Shown: positions 38,459-51,544 of the stretch, in pieces
Layout: each line of letters opens with the position of its first letter
Numbering within the stretch: position 1 is the stretch's first letter
Assembly (NCBI GenBank): GCA_964304625.1
Contig: OZ199838.1
Span: 5,358,345-5,422,344 of the forward strand
Direction: 5' to 3'
Source: Kudoa neothunni
Taxonomy: Eukaryota; Animalia; Cnidaria
Length of the DNA: 64,000 nt
Notes under the pieces: generated by a model
What the model was told of the DNA's origin: nothing
The model's input: only the letters and a program-made list of their open reading frames with translations
Databases searched by the model: none
Position numbers and translations under genes: made by a program

Positions 38459-38819
38459 TATCTTATAAAAATATAGCAAGCGAATAATTTATCTGATAAA
38501 ATATATTACTCATGGTTTGATGTGTTGAATGAATAAATATACCAATTTCGCGCTAAATACTTGTTTTACCTTACCAAATTAACTAGTTAATCCATTTAAT
38601 GGATATCAAAACATTATTTGAGAAAATTAATATTTTACCGACCGATAATACAATCAGTTAGATTCCTATATTAAGTTAAATCAGTAAATTTAAGAGAATT
38701 AATTTTTTTTAAACGACTATAATTTTGGCGTAATCTCGTTAGAATACAACCAACGTTTAAAACAATTGACATTTGGAGTACTCGTATTCGTTTTAAAAAT
38801 GTGGTATCCGTGCAACCCT

Positions 38820-39792
38820 AATTTAAACTAGTTGTTCAGTTAGTATAAATGATTACGCGTGAATAATTTTGTTGAGCTTGCAAAAAGTCATTACATTGCG
38901 TAATGAAAATTAATATTGACAATAAGGTATATTGGCATGCAATTTCAGTCGTATTAATGTTTCAAAAGTCAATAATGTCGCATAATATTAAATCTATCCA
39001 ACAACTGTATTATGAACCATCAAGGTTATGTCTTTAATATTTATTCATTATCTCCATCTGATAACATGAATTTATTGTTTAAAATTAAAGATAGCGTAAC
39101 ATATTCTCTTCTACAATCTTGAATGAAAAGAAAATAACAAATTAATGAGAATTTTATTGTATTTAATGAACAAAATTATAATATTAATATTTAAAGGTAT
39201 GTTTTATTCTCCAAATTAAAAAAGGCGTAAATATTAGATGTTTAAAATGTATAAAAAATAGTTTTAAACACAAAATTCTGAAGAAATACCAACACACAAG
39301 CATATAATGAAATGCTATTGTATTTTTACGATCAGTTGGTCAACAACCATTATTAAGATGTAAAAAAAATATATAAACTATAACAAACATAGTGAAATAT
39401 TATAATAAATTTCTTATTTTAGGAAATGACATCGAACAAATACAAATTGCATTTTTTTCCTATAAACTTTTAAGTATATAAAGCGTAACAATAATAGGCT
39501 GGTGTACATTTATTAAGAATAATAAAAATAAACTAGTTGTATAAAAGTTGTTTTAATCATTAAATTGAGTTAAAAACAACGGAAACCCCAAATGCACATA
39601 AGCTTTTACGCGCCCCGATTTCGCCCGAAGGCAGATGTTGTCATACTTCTCGATGTAATGATTAATGATTTTGGAGTTTCCATCGTTCACTCGATATTTA
39701 AAAATCGCATGCAAAAATTTATTGAACAACATAGGGAATGGTGAGCATGCGAAAAAAGCCGAATTTGGTGAGGCGTATACTCCCCCATTACC
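38820..39792. mobile_element. Partial second copy of the Merlin-like element
   Basis: Aligns with ~9915-10894 and ends CCGAATTTGGTGAGGCGTATACTCCCCCATTACC; left end not found. Confidence 0.75.
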
Positions 39793-39963
39793 ATTACCGA
39801 ATAACGGAACGAAATCAAATGCATATTAGAGAAAATGCGTATTGGCAAATTTTGAAAAATTAGCATAAAAATGTCAAATTCTAACAGTAAAAAAATGATA
39901 TTTTAATTAAGAAGTAAAAATATTCATAAAGTATAAAACACGTCTGTAGGAACTTTATAGTCA

Positions 39964-42900
39964 TCAAATTAAGGGGGCCCTAAATCAGATGGATCACTAA
40001 AAACCCTAAACAGCAAACCGAATACCATCCTACGTAAGCTTCACAAAGATTCTCAATTGATGTAGCCTCGTTGATCAACAGGAAAGTTTGCTCATGTACT
40101 GAAACTGGCTCAGTATTCTTGAAATCTTTTCCTACAAAATTAAAGGTAAATGTGAGTGTAAAGAGAAAAAAAATCAAACCTGATAGTTTATCTCTTATTC
40201 TACAGATTATCTGAAGACCCTTCTTATTGATGCTTTCATTATCATTGAATATTTCCTCGTCTAAAGCAGTAAGATAATTTAACGCTATCACAAACTGTCC
40301 AAACAAGTTACCATCATCGAAAACTTTGTAGTTGACTGATGAAAGATTGTTGACGAGTGAAGTGGGGTCAGGTGGGAAAGAGCCGGGTAGGTTTAATTTG
40401 GCTATAGATTATAAGTTGGACGAAGAAAAATAAAAAATTACGATCAACTAATGTAGCATCAGCCCATCTTTTATCCACTAAATGCAATTGTTGTTACTCA
40501 AACAAGCAACGAATAGTATATTGAATAATAACCTTCAAACAGTCTCCAACTTATTAACGGATCATAAATAAAAGCTTCTAGCACAGCAAAAACACTTTCT
40601 TTGTTGTTACGAAGAACCCTCATTACATGATCACAAGTGACACGGAAGGTTCCATTAATTCCAGTGACCTCTAGCGCTTTAACTAACACTCTCGTAAGCC
40701 TGAAAGGCACTTTCTCCGGGTAGGACGATCTAGTCATACAAACTTCGAAACAATCTCCAAAATCGATATGAATTATGCGACCAGTGTTTTTGTCCATCAT
40801 CATATTGGAAAGATGACGGTCACCTAATCCAAGAATATATCCGACGATCGACATAGCAGCAAGAGATCTGCTATAGACACGCCGTCTATTGAACCAGATA
40901 TCACAAGACGGGCTCCGTCTATAGAGACTTTCAGCAATGTCCTCGCCATCTGTGGCTAAAAGGGCTCGTTCAAACGCATGAATTTTATGAATTAACGATA
41001 TAGATTGATAGTATGGACAGATGGCAGAGAGGGCATTTTTCTCGCTGTTGAGACTGATTCGTTTGTTAGTTCTTCGTTCAACAATAAGCGAATTGAGCGT
41101 GTCACAATCTGGCACCCAACCAATAAGACCTGAATTCACCGACAACGGTATAACAGCATATCTAGTGACGAAAAGTTCACGCTGTAACGCTTCGGTGTCT
41201 TTGGTAAATAAGGAATTGATCAGTTTGAATAATTGCATAACCCTCTCATCTTGGCGCAAATCTTCATTGCCTTTCAAAAGAAATACAAATTCTTGGCCAT
41301 TACTTCCTATAACAGTAAGTTTTCTAGGGCGTTGTTTAGATTTCATGATGGATATACGAGGGAAAATTTTTTCGATTCTAATGATTGGTTTGTTTGGTTC
41401 GTAGGTGCTTGGAACGGCTAACTCCATGTTGGAACATGCGAGTAGTTTGGGTGAAGAGGTGCATAGATCAAGTCGTGAATAGCACTGAACCTCTTTATTC
41501 AAACGAGAATACATATCATTGGCAATTGCCCACACACCTGTTATACAGGTTTCATCTAATGTCGTTCTATAACGATCTACCAATCGAGCCAAATCAAGTA
41601 GGTTTTTCTGGTAGCATTGTTTGAAGAGGCATTCTCTATTGGTTTCAGGATCCTTTGAGGTGATAATTCGGTTAATTTTATCCACTGAATAGAGTATTTT
41701 TTGAATAGACTTGTCATGATTGAATGCGAAAAATATTTCCTCCAACACACGTATACTAACTTCCACCCAACTGACGGACACACGAATAAGCTCGTGACTG
41801 ACCAACATTGCTTGGCCCATCAAAGCATTACTATGCTCCTGTAGACTGGTAATAATAGGTCGTATGTTACTCATTTGGTTAGTTTCAGTAGCTCTATTGG
41901 AAGCTACCGCAATTGGATAGATCAATGATTGTGGGTGGTTCTTTCCAATGTCGATGAGAAGTTGTCTAATCAATGAAGCAACATTCGGCTTAGGTATATT
42001 AATACGAGCAATCAACTGCGGGATAACTTTCAACCAATAATCAATTTTAATCGAACTAACATTCTTCTTGACCACATCACTAACACAGCTGTACTGTCCA
42101 AAATCAAACCAAAGGGTAATTATACGAAGAATATCTTGAAGAGCAAAGTCGGGGGCCATTTTCATCGTCTCAAATAGGCCTTTAATAGCAGGTGAAGCAT
42201 AATTGTTAGCGACATCCATTTCACTGAGATTTATTTGACGAACTTCTGTGACAGGGATGCTGAGTATTAATGATTTATTGGCGGAACTTTTAGATGCAAT
42301 CAATTCACGTTTGTAGTATAATACAATTTCGTAGTTGATGATAGCCAACGAGTGCACACTTTTCACCCAGTGACGATCATTGATTACCGAATAGTTCAAC
42401 AACTTGGATATTTCTGGGATATTGAAAGGAGTAAACTGATCGCCATCAAGTGTGAATTTCCATCTTGACAATTTCAAATAACACTTTGACAAAAGATGGT
42501 TAAGATTGACTGAATTGCAATTGGCATTAGCAGAGCAACTCTTTCTATATATATCCACTTGAAGGTTCACATAATCAACCAATTGGCCCAAGTATTCGTA
42601 GGCGATACTCTGACTTTTGGTGTGCCACAGAAATTTGATAAAATTGTACAAAATCTTAGGATGGAACTTGATTTTTCTATTCGATTTGAGCAGTACAGGA
42701 ATTTGCGATTCATGTACATGGAGCATATTTGAAAATATCCTACCTGCCAAATCAATTTTTCCAGATTTTCGTGAGAGATTAGCAAATTTAAGCCACGAAT
42801 CCACATTCTCCATGGGCGGCACTACGATAGAACGCAGATTGAGAATAGTTTCCCAATCTCCCACAACAGGATTGCATCGTTCGATTCGACTTTTCCAGTT

Positions 42901-45900
42901 CAACTTAATTTTTTCTTGTTTCGCCGGCATCATGGCATAGTCCACAATTTCATTCATTTCGGTGAGTAGCTGAGCATATACCAAACTATCGTAATAATGA
43001 TTGTATGTGTCTCCGAGAATTCCAGTGAGTTCGCTGTCAAGCACTCCACGCGAGCTATTGATAAGTGACTGGGCAGTCACATACTCTTTTTTATAAATAT
43101 TCACAATCGAATTGTAAAAATATCCAAGGAAGCTATCGTGAGGAATTCGTGGTAAATATTCATTCTCAAGTGTCACAAAATCACTCAATCCTACGCAAGT
43201 TGAGGCACCAATCATAGCAATAAATATATTGCTGGTGATTCCATCGGTGGAAGAATCTGCAGAGGTGGAATGAGCTGATTCGTACACATCTGCTGAATTC
43301 AATATCGACCTAAGTTCATTCCATCTTCCCAACGACTTTAGACATTTCAGTTTTTTGTGTAGAATAAATTTGTTTTTGTGGTTGTCTTTAAGCTTTTGAT
43401 CGTAGCCATTGAGAGCTCCTTCATAATCATGCAATTCTTCATACCATTCTTCGGGAATATCCTATCGGTAAAATGTTATATTAATGATTAATTTCGAATT
43501 AAATTATTTCAAAAGAAATTTACAATATGTTTTTTGGAATTCTCTTCCACATATTTAACCACTCCGATAGCAGCATCCATATTCTGTAGTTTCATATTCA
43601 AACTAATGATAGATTGAAGTACATCAGTACGGAAAGGATTTTTTTTGAATTGTCTTTCTTTGTAGTAGAGAGCTATGGTGTAGGCGTCAACACTGCAAGC
43701 ACTTTTCGCAATCACATCCTCATCAACGCAAAAGTCTAATCCTACATAGTTGGTGAATTCGATCAAATTCAGCAGGATAGATATGATTCGAGGAACATAA
43801 TCTCTAGTGAGAGCGTCGGCAATACTGTGGAAAAGATTGGTTTTAAGTTCGTGGTTCAATTCACACCACACCGACACAAACGAACAATTAAATAGGTTTT
43901 TGGTAATAGGAGGATAGTCCAAGCAGACCGTTGAACAAGCTCGTAATGCAAAACTTGGCGAATTTGACAGGAATTCCGCACACAACTTTTGGAACCAATT
44001 GTTAAAGTCTTCTGTAGATGACTTATTCGAGGTTATCCAAGCCCATTTCAATCTTAGCATGTCAAAGTGTGGTTTGTTACGATTGGAAATGATATTCATC
44101 GACGTGGGATGTGAACGTAATTTGCTCCCTCTATCATATTTGTTAATTTTTGGATTCCAATAGGTGGTCTTGTTGATAAAACTGCTGATTTGAATCATAT
44201 TGAGGTTGGTTTCATATTTGTTGTTTCTAAGTTGATGGTTGGACATAAGGCGCTCCACAGTCGGAGCATAGCACCTGAAGATGCTGCCAAAGTATGAAGC
44301 TAGTGAGGAGATCAAGGAGAGAGCGGTGGATTGGAGCTCGGGACATGTTTCAGCCACCTTGACCAATGACTGCATTATGGGAGAGGCGAATTCGGATAGA
44401 TTAGTACTGCCAGCAATTATATGAATTGTTTCCATTGCCAGTCGCCTGAGTGGAACCAAATTATTTGGCGATGAATAAGTAGACACAATAATGGGCACAA
44501 TCACATGTACGAAATCGCCCATATATGGAACAATGTGCTGAAGGGTGCTTATTGTTTTAGTTTTAAGTATGTTGATTTCATCGTTACTGAAGCAATCGGT
44601 ATCCAGTTCATTGTTGAGAATCATGGAGGTTTTGGGGAGGATAAATTTGAAGTAGATTTTGGTTTCATGCGGCAAAGAGCTCACAAGATTGTCAACAAGT
44701 TGCATCAAGGTGACCTGTAATGTGAGTGGGCAACGCTTGGTCCACAATTCGTTTATCATTTGAAACATTTCCTCGAGATGGGAGCACAAATTACAACCAA
44801 TAAGACTGGCCAATTTGTTGATTTGTTGAAGGATAGTCAGTCGAATATTGATGTTGTCAGTTTTGACAATTTTGAAGTAGGCATTAAAAATTCTGGGTGC
44901 ATATTGAACAGATTTTTTGCCAAGGAAAATCAACATACGTTCTAGCTCATGTAACACAACCGATTGTACCGATGCCATAGCCGGGTCGGTAAGAACCATT
45001 AATAGCGATTCTATTCCAGCCAACGGATACAACTCTTCTAGTGATTGGATTTTGTTGTTGATATAGAATTCACAGGTGTTCACCTCGTTGTCAATGGTTG
45101 TGGATATTGATGGTGAATTGATATCATTGTGAAATGTTCCAGTTTCTCCTTCATTGTCAAGCTGTCTAACAAATTCTCTCGAACTGTAAAACACTTTCAT
45201 TTTGGACGGGTTTACCGCTCCAATAAGACCTAGGATGTTGATAGCTTTGCAGCGATTGATTTTAGTTTTTTCAGATTTGATGTAAGTGATCAGTACATCA
45301 ACAACTTTGTGTATGGAATAATAATTTTGGAACACATAACCTGAGCTGTTTAGAATATGACTGAGCACATCCAACGATGCGATTCTCTTGTAATAGGAGG
45401 ACGATGGATCGCTCAGTATATCCACAATAATTACCACGATATTTGGAAGGAACTTGTGCATCGTCTTATCACAGGTGGTGATCAAGTCGCCAATGATATT
45501 CATGATATTACAGATGAGACTGGTGGAAGCGGTTTCATCTTTGAAAATGGGGAAAATCACATCCAGAATCGACTGTACTGATTCGTGAGCTAATCTCGAA
45601 CAACTCACAATGAGTGTGTTGAGTAGAACAGCACTTTTTTCTTTTATACCTTTGTCGGCTAACAGCAGCTCCATTTCAAGGTAGGAAAGTGTTTCGATGA
45701 GATATTTTTCAAGCACTGGAAACAAATAGAATGGCTGTAAGGTGACCAATTTTCCTAACAATGCCGTAACAACACATCTAATTTCATATTTGGGATCTCG
45801 TAGTCCCAATATCAAACATTGAATATTTTGTATTAACAAAAGATGAGGGTAAAATTTTGAGGAGAGTGTTCGTAACACGTTGAGTCTGGTTTTTTCGTCA

Positions 45901-48900
45901 ACATCACCAACACCAATACCGGTGATAGTACTCAGAATTTCAAGCGCATATACATCGGATGTAGTGCCGTCGGTGATTGCTCTCGACTCAGTGAAACTAT
46001 CAATACTGAGATTTTGGTGGTTGGGTTTGGCAAATACGTGTTTGGACAACACTCCAAAGTCATCATTGCCACATTGACTTTTGTATACACGATGTTCACT
46101 GATCACGTTATCCATTAGCTTGATGCAGGTTTTGGCGGCTTCTTCTCTGATGGCTGAATATGGCGATTTAAGGTAGGTGTTCGAGATAGCTATAGTTATT
46201 TCGTCCATAGGCTCCGAGCCGAATTCACACATTCTTAGCGCAATCAACGCAGTGATGGTAGTTTTCTTGTCGTCATCCGATATCACATCATTAAAAGGTT
46301 CATTTGAATGACCGAAATTGTTGGATTTGCCGTCGCTAAGATTGGTAGAACTGGATTTGGGCCCAAAACACAAATTGTCACAATCTAAATTAAAACCCAA
46401 CAATATCCTCAAATACTGAAGAATTGCTGATTGATAAGAGACTTTGCCTTTGGAGGGGCAAGTAGTTATCTCAGAAAAGATGGCTGCCACACTAAAATCA
46501 AAAACCATATTGTTGATACAAGCTTCTACGAACTCCATGCTGATACACTCGATAAAAGGTTGCCCTATTGATTGAATCATCGAACACAAAAAACACGCAA
46601 TAGGTGCTTCCATCTCGATAACCTTGCTTTTCACATCATCCTTATTGTCTCCCATATACAGTGATTTGATATAGCAGAGAATGTGTTTGGCTTGAAATAG
46701 AAATTCATCCTTCAAAAGTCGACCCAAAAGTGTGAAGCACAATAAAATATGTGGTCTTGCAGGTGAGGTGGGGAAAATATTAATAAGTTTGAGTATTATA
46801 TTTTGAGTGACTGCGTGTTTGAACAGTGACAACTTCACGTTGATAACATTGGGAATGATACGACACACAGCAATCAATATGTTAATGTTGTTGTCATTGA
46901 GTGAGACGAAACAAAATTTGAGCACATCTTCAAAGGAATGTTGGATCATTAAGCTGAGACCTTGGCTGTAACATCCTACAACTGATGATGATTTTTCTGG
47001 TTTGCACTGTTGAGTTTCATGTGACGGTCCTCCTCCAAACAAATTTCCAAGAAAGTCATCATAACTTTCGTTATATTCGAGAAATAGGCGATATTTTTCG
47101 ATTTCTGGTGATATCGGTGCATAATAACGATGAAGAAGAGTATTTTTGGATCGTGTCACAAACAAGCTTTCGCTCTCATGGAACGAACTGTTGATACCGT
47201 ATTGTTCGAATGATGTCTCATCAGTGTCTCTACGTTGACGAGTCGTGTTGAGATTGGAAGTTTTCACGCGAATAGGAAATATCTGTATTAGATTGGATTT
47301 GTGCACCTCCAAATCAAGACTGCACTGACGAACAAACTCATTCAACAGAAGAAGCACCGAATGTGCCAAATAATCGTCATCATCTTCAGAGCGAACCAAC
47401 TGCTTCACCGATTCCACGCTAGAACGCATCGCCATAGTGCGTTCCATCGATGGCAGCAGTCTCAACATTTTGTCGTAAATAAATTGGTACCAGTTGAAAG
47501 CAGACTTTTGAAATAGTTCTCTCTCGGCCAATATTGTTAATAATGACCTAATGGTATCGGCGGCTACCATCTGTGTTTCAAATCTCACGTCTTTGAAACA
47601 AGCAAAAATATGCTCAACGAATGGTTGTATGTATTGGTAGAAGGTGTAAGGAGATCCGTATGCGAGTTCTCTCACAATAAGTATCTAAACAGTGTGAGAT
47701 GTTATTTCGTTGGGAGGGAGAGAAATCACACCAGTGTTATTAGTAATATTAATTATTATTAATATTACTCGAAAATATGAAATATTAATTTGAAATACAT
47801 ATGGAACGTGTAGTTATCTGCCTACTAAAGATAATATTTAGGTATTGTCTATTTTCCCTTCATTTATCATTGATAGAAATATGCAGTCGAACCTTTATTA
47901 TCCGGAAGGTATTTTAAATTTTATTTGGATTTTATTGAAATTACGTGCCGATAAATATACGATTACCCGAAATATGGATACAAGTACCATCCATCATTGT
48001 ACAACATATACAATGTAGCATATATACCAATGCAATATTTAAAATAAAAATATCTCTACGTTAATTATTCATAAGTTGTCCTTTTAAAACTCAAGTTAAA
48101 CCTTTAGTTCTTATATAAATTTGTGCTGTATCTGAATATATGTCTGTATGTATACTAAACAAAAATTAATTGAGAATCATTTAAAAAAGTAGATTAATCC
48201 TCAGTAGATGTGTTTTCCCCACATAATTATGTATTGTGTTTTCTTTTAAGTCTCCATGTTCTCAGTTAATAGATATACCAATATTTTTAATATAAGTTGC
48301 GAAATTTTTTACCATTTTACTTAATAAATAGTAAAAATTGTGTATAAATCAAGTGAACAATCCTTTAAAAAGAAATTTCAAAAAATGTGCGCGCAATGCA
48401 TGTTTATGTTTGATTAACCGGAACCTCGCTATCCACTATCCGGAAAGAAACTCGCCGGTTCCAAATTTTCCGGATAATCGAAGTTAGGCTGTATTATTTT
48501 TTAAGTATAATTATTTTATTATTTTTTGACATATTTCGTTATTTTCGGATTGCACGAGAAATAAAAATAACAGTTTCGACGCCGACATGCAACCTTTATA
48601 GTAAGGTTAAAAATTTCAATTAAAAACTTTATCAGTGCGTGAATAAACATTAAGGATTAAATTTATATAGGAAAATACACTCAGCTATATTTTGTACGCA
48701 TATATTTGATCTATGCCAAACAAAATTTAATTATATTGAAAATCGATATACTATTTCAAATTATCTGTATTTGGTGATAGGTACATAGATAAAATACTGA
48801 AATATGAGTTTTTAATTATTTATTATAGCCTGGCTATTTATAAACTAATTATTAAGATAGAGACAATTCAAAAGAAAGAATCCAATATATAAACTATGTG

Positions 48901-49527
48901 TGGAAACTACCGTAATTAAAATAGTTAGAACACAAGTGCACCTAGAGCTGGTTTAAATTTAACATTTAAATCGCACCAATTAACCAAAACCAACACGTGT
49001 GAGTTTGGAGTGGCAAAAGATATAATAGATTACAGAAAGGTATCTGTTGTCAGAGTTTTCATCGGAAAGATTTTTGATACGCATTTTCAATTCCTCTTTA
49101 ACAGTATCGGCAGGAGAAAACCCGTGCAATACGAGGTAAGGAAGTAGTCTTGCCGCATAACTTGCAATGAGTGGATCCGAACTGGCAGTACATCTGATGA
49201 TACTTTGATGAAGGTTTTTCCCATGAAGAACAATTTCACCAACAAATTCAATCAAATTAACTATAGGCCAAAAAATTAATTAATGTACTGTTAATAACCA
49301 TAGTTACCTATAGTTATAACAGCAAAGTTGATGTCATCGCTAACCGATGAAGTCAACAGTTCGGTAACATATTTTACTAATGATCGAATTTCTGGAGACA
49401 TTTCAGCGTCCTCGGCCACAAAATAATGCTGTTCCATCGTCAGAATGTAGCGTACCTCATTGAATTGCAACTGCTTGTCGCCATATTTCGAGTTACGAAT
49501 CGCTTTCAATCTTTCTTCAACTGGCAT
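39964..49527 (-). CDS. TOR: Target of rapamycin kinase (HEAT, FAT, FRB, PI3K-like kinase, FATC)
   Basis: Two small 5' exons, large exons 47684-~43523 and ~43461-40533, several small 3' exons; motifs VIPQLIARI, HPQSLIYP, SKQRPRK, LLKGNEDLRQDER, GLGDRHLSN, HIDFGDCF, PEKVPFRLTR, LEAFIYDPL, ENLCEAYVGW; spliced end WAPLI* (TGA 39964-39966). Start codon tentative. Confidence 0.95.
47884..48491. mobile_element. pogo/Tigger-type MITE in TOR intron 2
   Basis: CAGTCGAACCTTTATTATCCGGAA ... TTCCGGATAATCGAAGTTAGGCTG-TA. Confidence 0.7.
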
Positions 49528-51544
49528 ACTCAATCAGTTCACAAGCTCATAACAATCCAAACTCTGTCAGAGACGATATGTACCGAGTCATATGTGCTCA
49601 GCTGTAATGACTCAATCGTGAGAAACATATGCATTTCAAATTTTTTGGACATTGCCACTTATACCACTTTCAATAAGGTTATCCAAAAAATAAGGATAAA
49701 TAACTTTATAATGGCCGTGTAGGATAAAATTTTAGTTAAAATCAATCACAATCCACTCTCATTTAATATTTTGGGTCTTAATTTTTTCTTGATTAAAACA
49801 ATTATTATTGTCATATTTCAAGATTTTTACACTGATATATTTTTATTTTGTTACATGTATCACAGATAGTACAGACTTGATTATGTAAAGGTAAGAGTAT
49901 CAAAACTCGAAAAATCTCCGATTTTTTCATTATTAATGGTAAATTAAAAAATCTTATTAAGTGAAATACTGTCAAATAAATAAAAATAAACTTTTGATAT
50001 AAATTACAAGAGATTAACACTAATGTGCTTGCGTGCGCTTGTGCCCATTCCAATAATAATTTCTCTAGGCTATCTAACGTATAAATACATAATGTGTTTA
50101 TTTTTTAGTTAGATATATTTCTTGTGTGTAATCTTTTATAGATACGTTCGAGAATAACAAAATATAAGACCGAATTAGGTCACGGGACTCGAACCTTCAT
50201 AACTCATAATCATAATAATGGGCGAGACATTTTCCAGATATTTGATGTAGTTATTACCAGGGGATAAAAACATTCAAGTATGTTCAAGATCGAAGAATAA
50301 ATTTAATGAATATTTTTGATATTGTTAGTTTTTCGGTATCCAACTATTTGATTAGGTTCCCGTAATGAGATATTATATAATCCAAATAATAACGATAACG
50401 GCTCACCTGGGTTAGAAGCTCTAACAAATATTAGACCAGCTGATACCTAGTTGGAGTCATATTATATATGAAACTTGTTTCCAAGATTGTTTATTGTTCG
50501 ATAGTAACTTTTTACTGGATGAAAAAATCAAATGTTTAAATAAATTTTATTTTCTCAAACAATTGCGTGTAAGCATTTCGTTAAAAAACTAGTAATTCCT
50601 TAAACTTGGTTGTTATTATTAGTCGCCACCGATCGTGCATTTACGCAGCTTATACCATCGCTTTGCTCTTACTTCATAACAACGATAAATGAATTAAGAA
50701 ATTTTTCTATTATTGCTTTAAATTTTTGCGAGAAAATTTCGGATGTGGATGAATAATGCTTTGCGTATCAATACTGACCTTAATTGTTTCATGTCGAAAT
50801 TTTTTGTTCGAGGTCGAAAAATAGTGTTACGTAAAAATGGTCAGTTAAAACGATTTAAGAAGTTAAAATGTTCGAAAAAATATTTTATCGGCCATTATCA
50901 TCAAATTACACTGAAAATGAAAAATTTAATAAAAGTCCTATTCGTATGTATCATAACCATGTAAAAATTCCACGTTGTCTTTAAATGCATTGAAAATTTA
51001 TTCCGTATTTGATTTGTAAAAAATGACTTAAAATAATCAATATGCGTATGTCAATCAATTTTTTGTGTGTGTGAGAAAAATTTTGATGTCAATTTCTCAT
51101 TTTAGAAACTATTCCATTTCTAAAATTTATTTAGAGCTGAAGCTTTTAAATAGAGTCATGGCAGATATAGTTCTCGTGTATCCACTTTGTTTTCTTCAGT
51201 AGATGCATTATATAATTATGAATAATTCTAAATTATAAAAAATTTTATTTTCTCAAAAATCTTGTGTGGAATATTTTGTGATTATGCTTCAAAATAAATT
51301 ATATTATTTAAAATGACGATTTTCAATTTTTTTTTAGTGCGTATTCTAGTGTTACAATTTACTGAAATAATTTTTAATTTATTTTTAAATAGATAAAAAT
51401 CACTATAAGATATAAATTTATTTTGGAGTATATATTCAAAACAGTTATGGAATTGCATTTTTTCTCTTATTCATTTAAATGAACATTAGATACGAAAAGT
51501 TTGGTATTATTGAATTATTGTGTGAATCAAAATCCAATTATTAA

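Noticed and set aside
41021-47516. Antisense and alternate-frame ORFs over TOR and other genes
   Set aside because: Short shadow ORFs of real coding regions with no recognisable motifs.
47742-47768. AT-rich hairpin GTAATATTAAT-TATT-ATTAATATTAC in a TOR intron
   Set aside because: Plausible by chance at this AT content; no supporting context.
50175-50200. tRNA gene (minus-strand GGTTCGAGTCCC B-box)
   Set aside because: No acceptor, D or anticodon stems can be folded around it; at most a tRNA/SINE relic.
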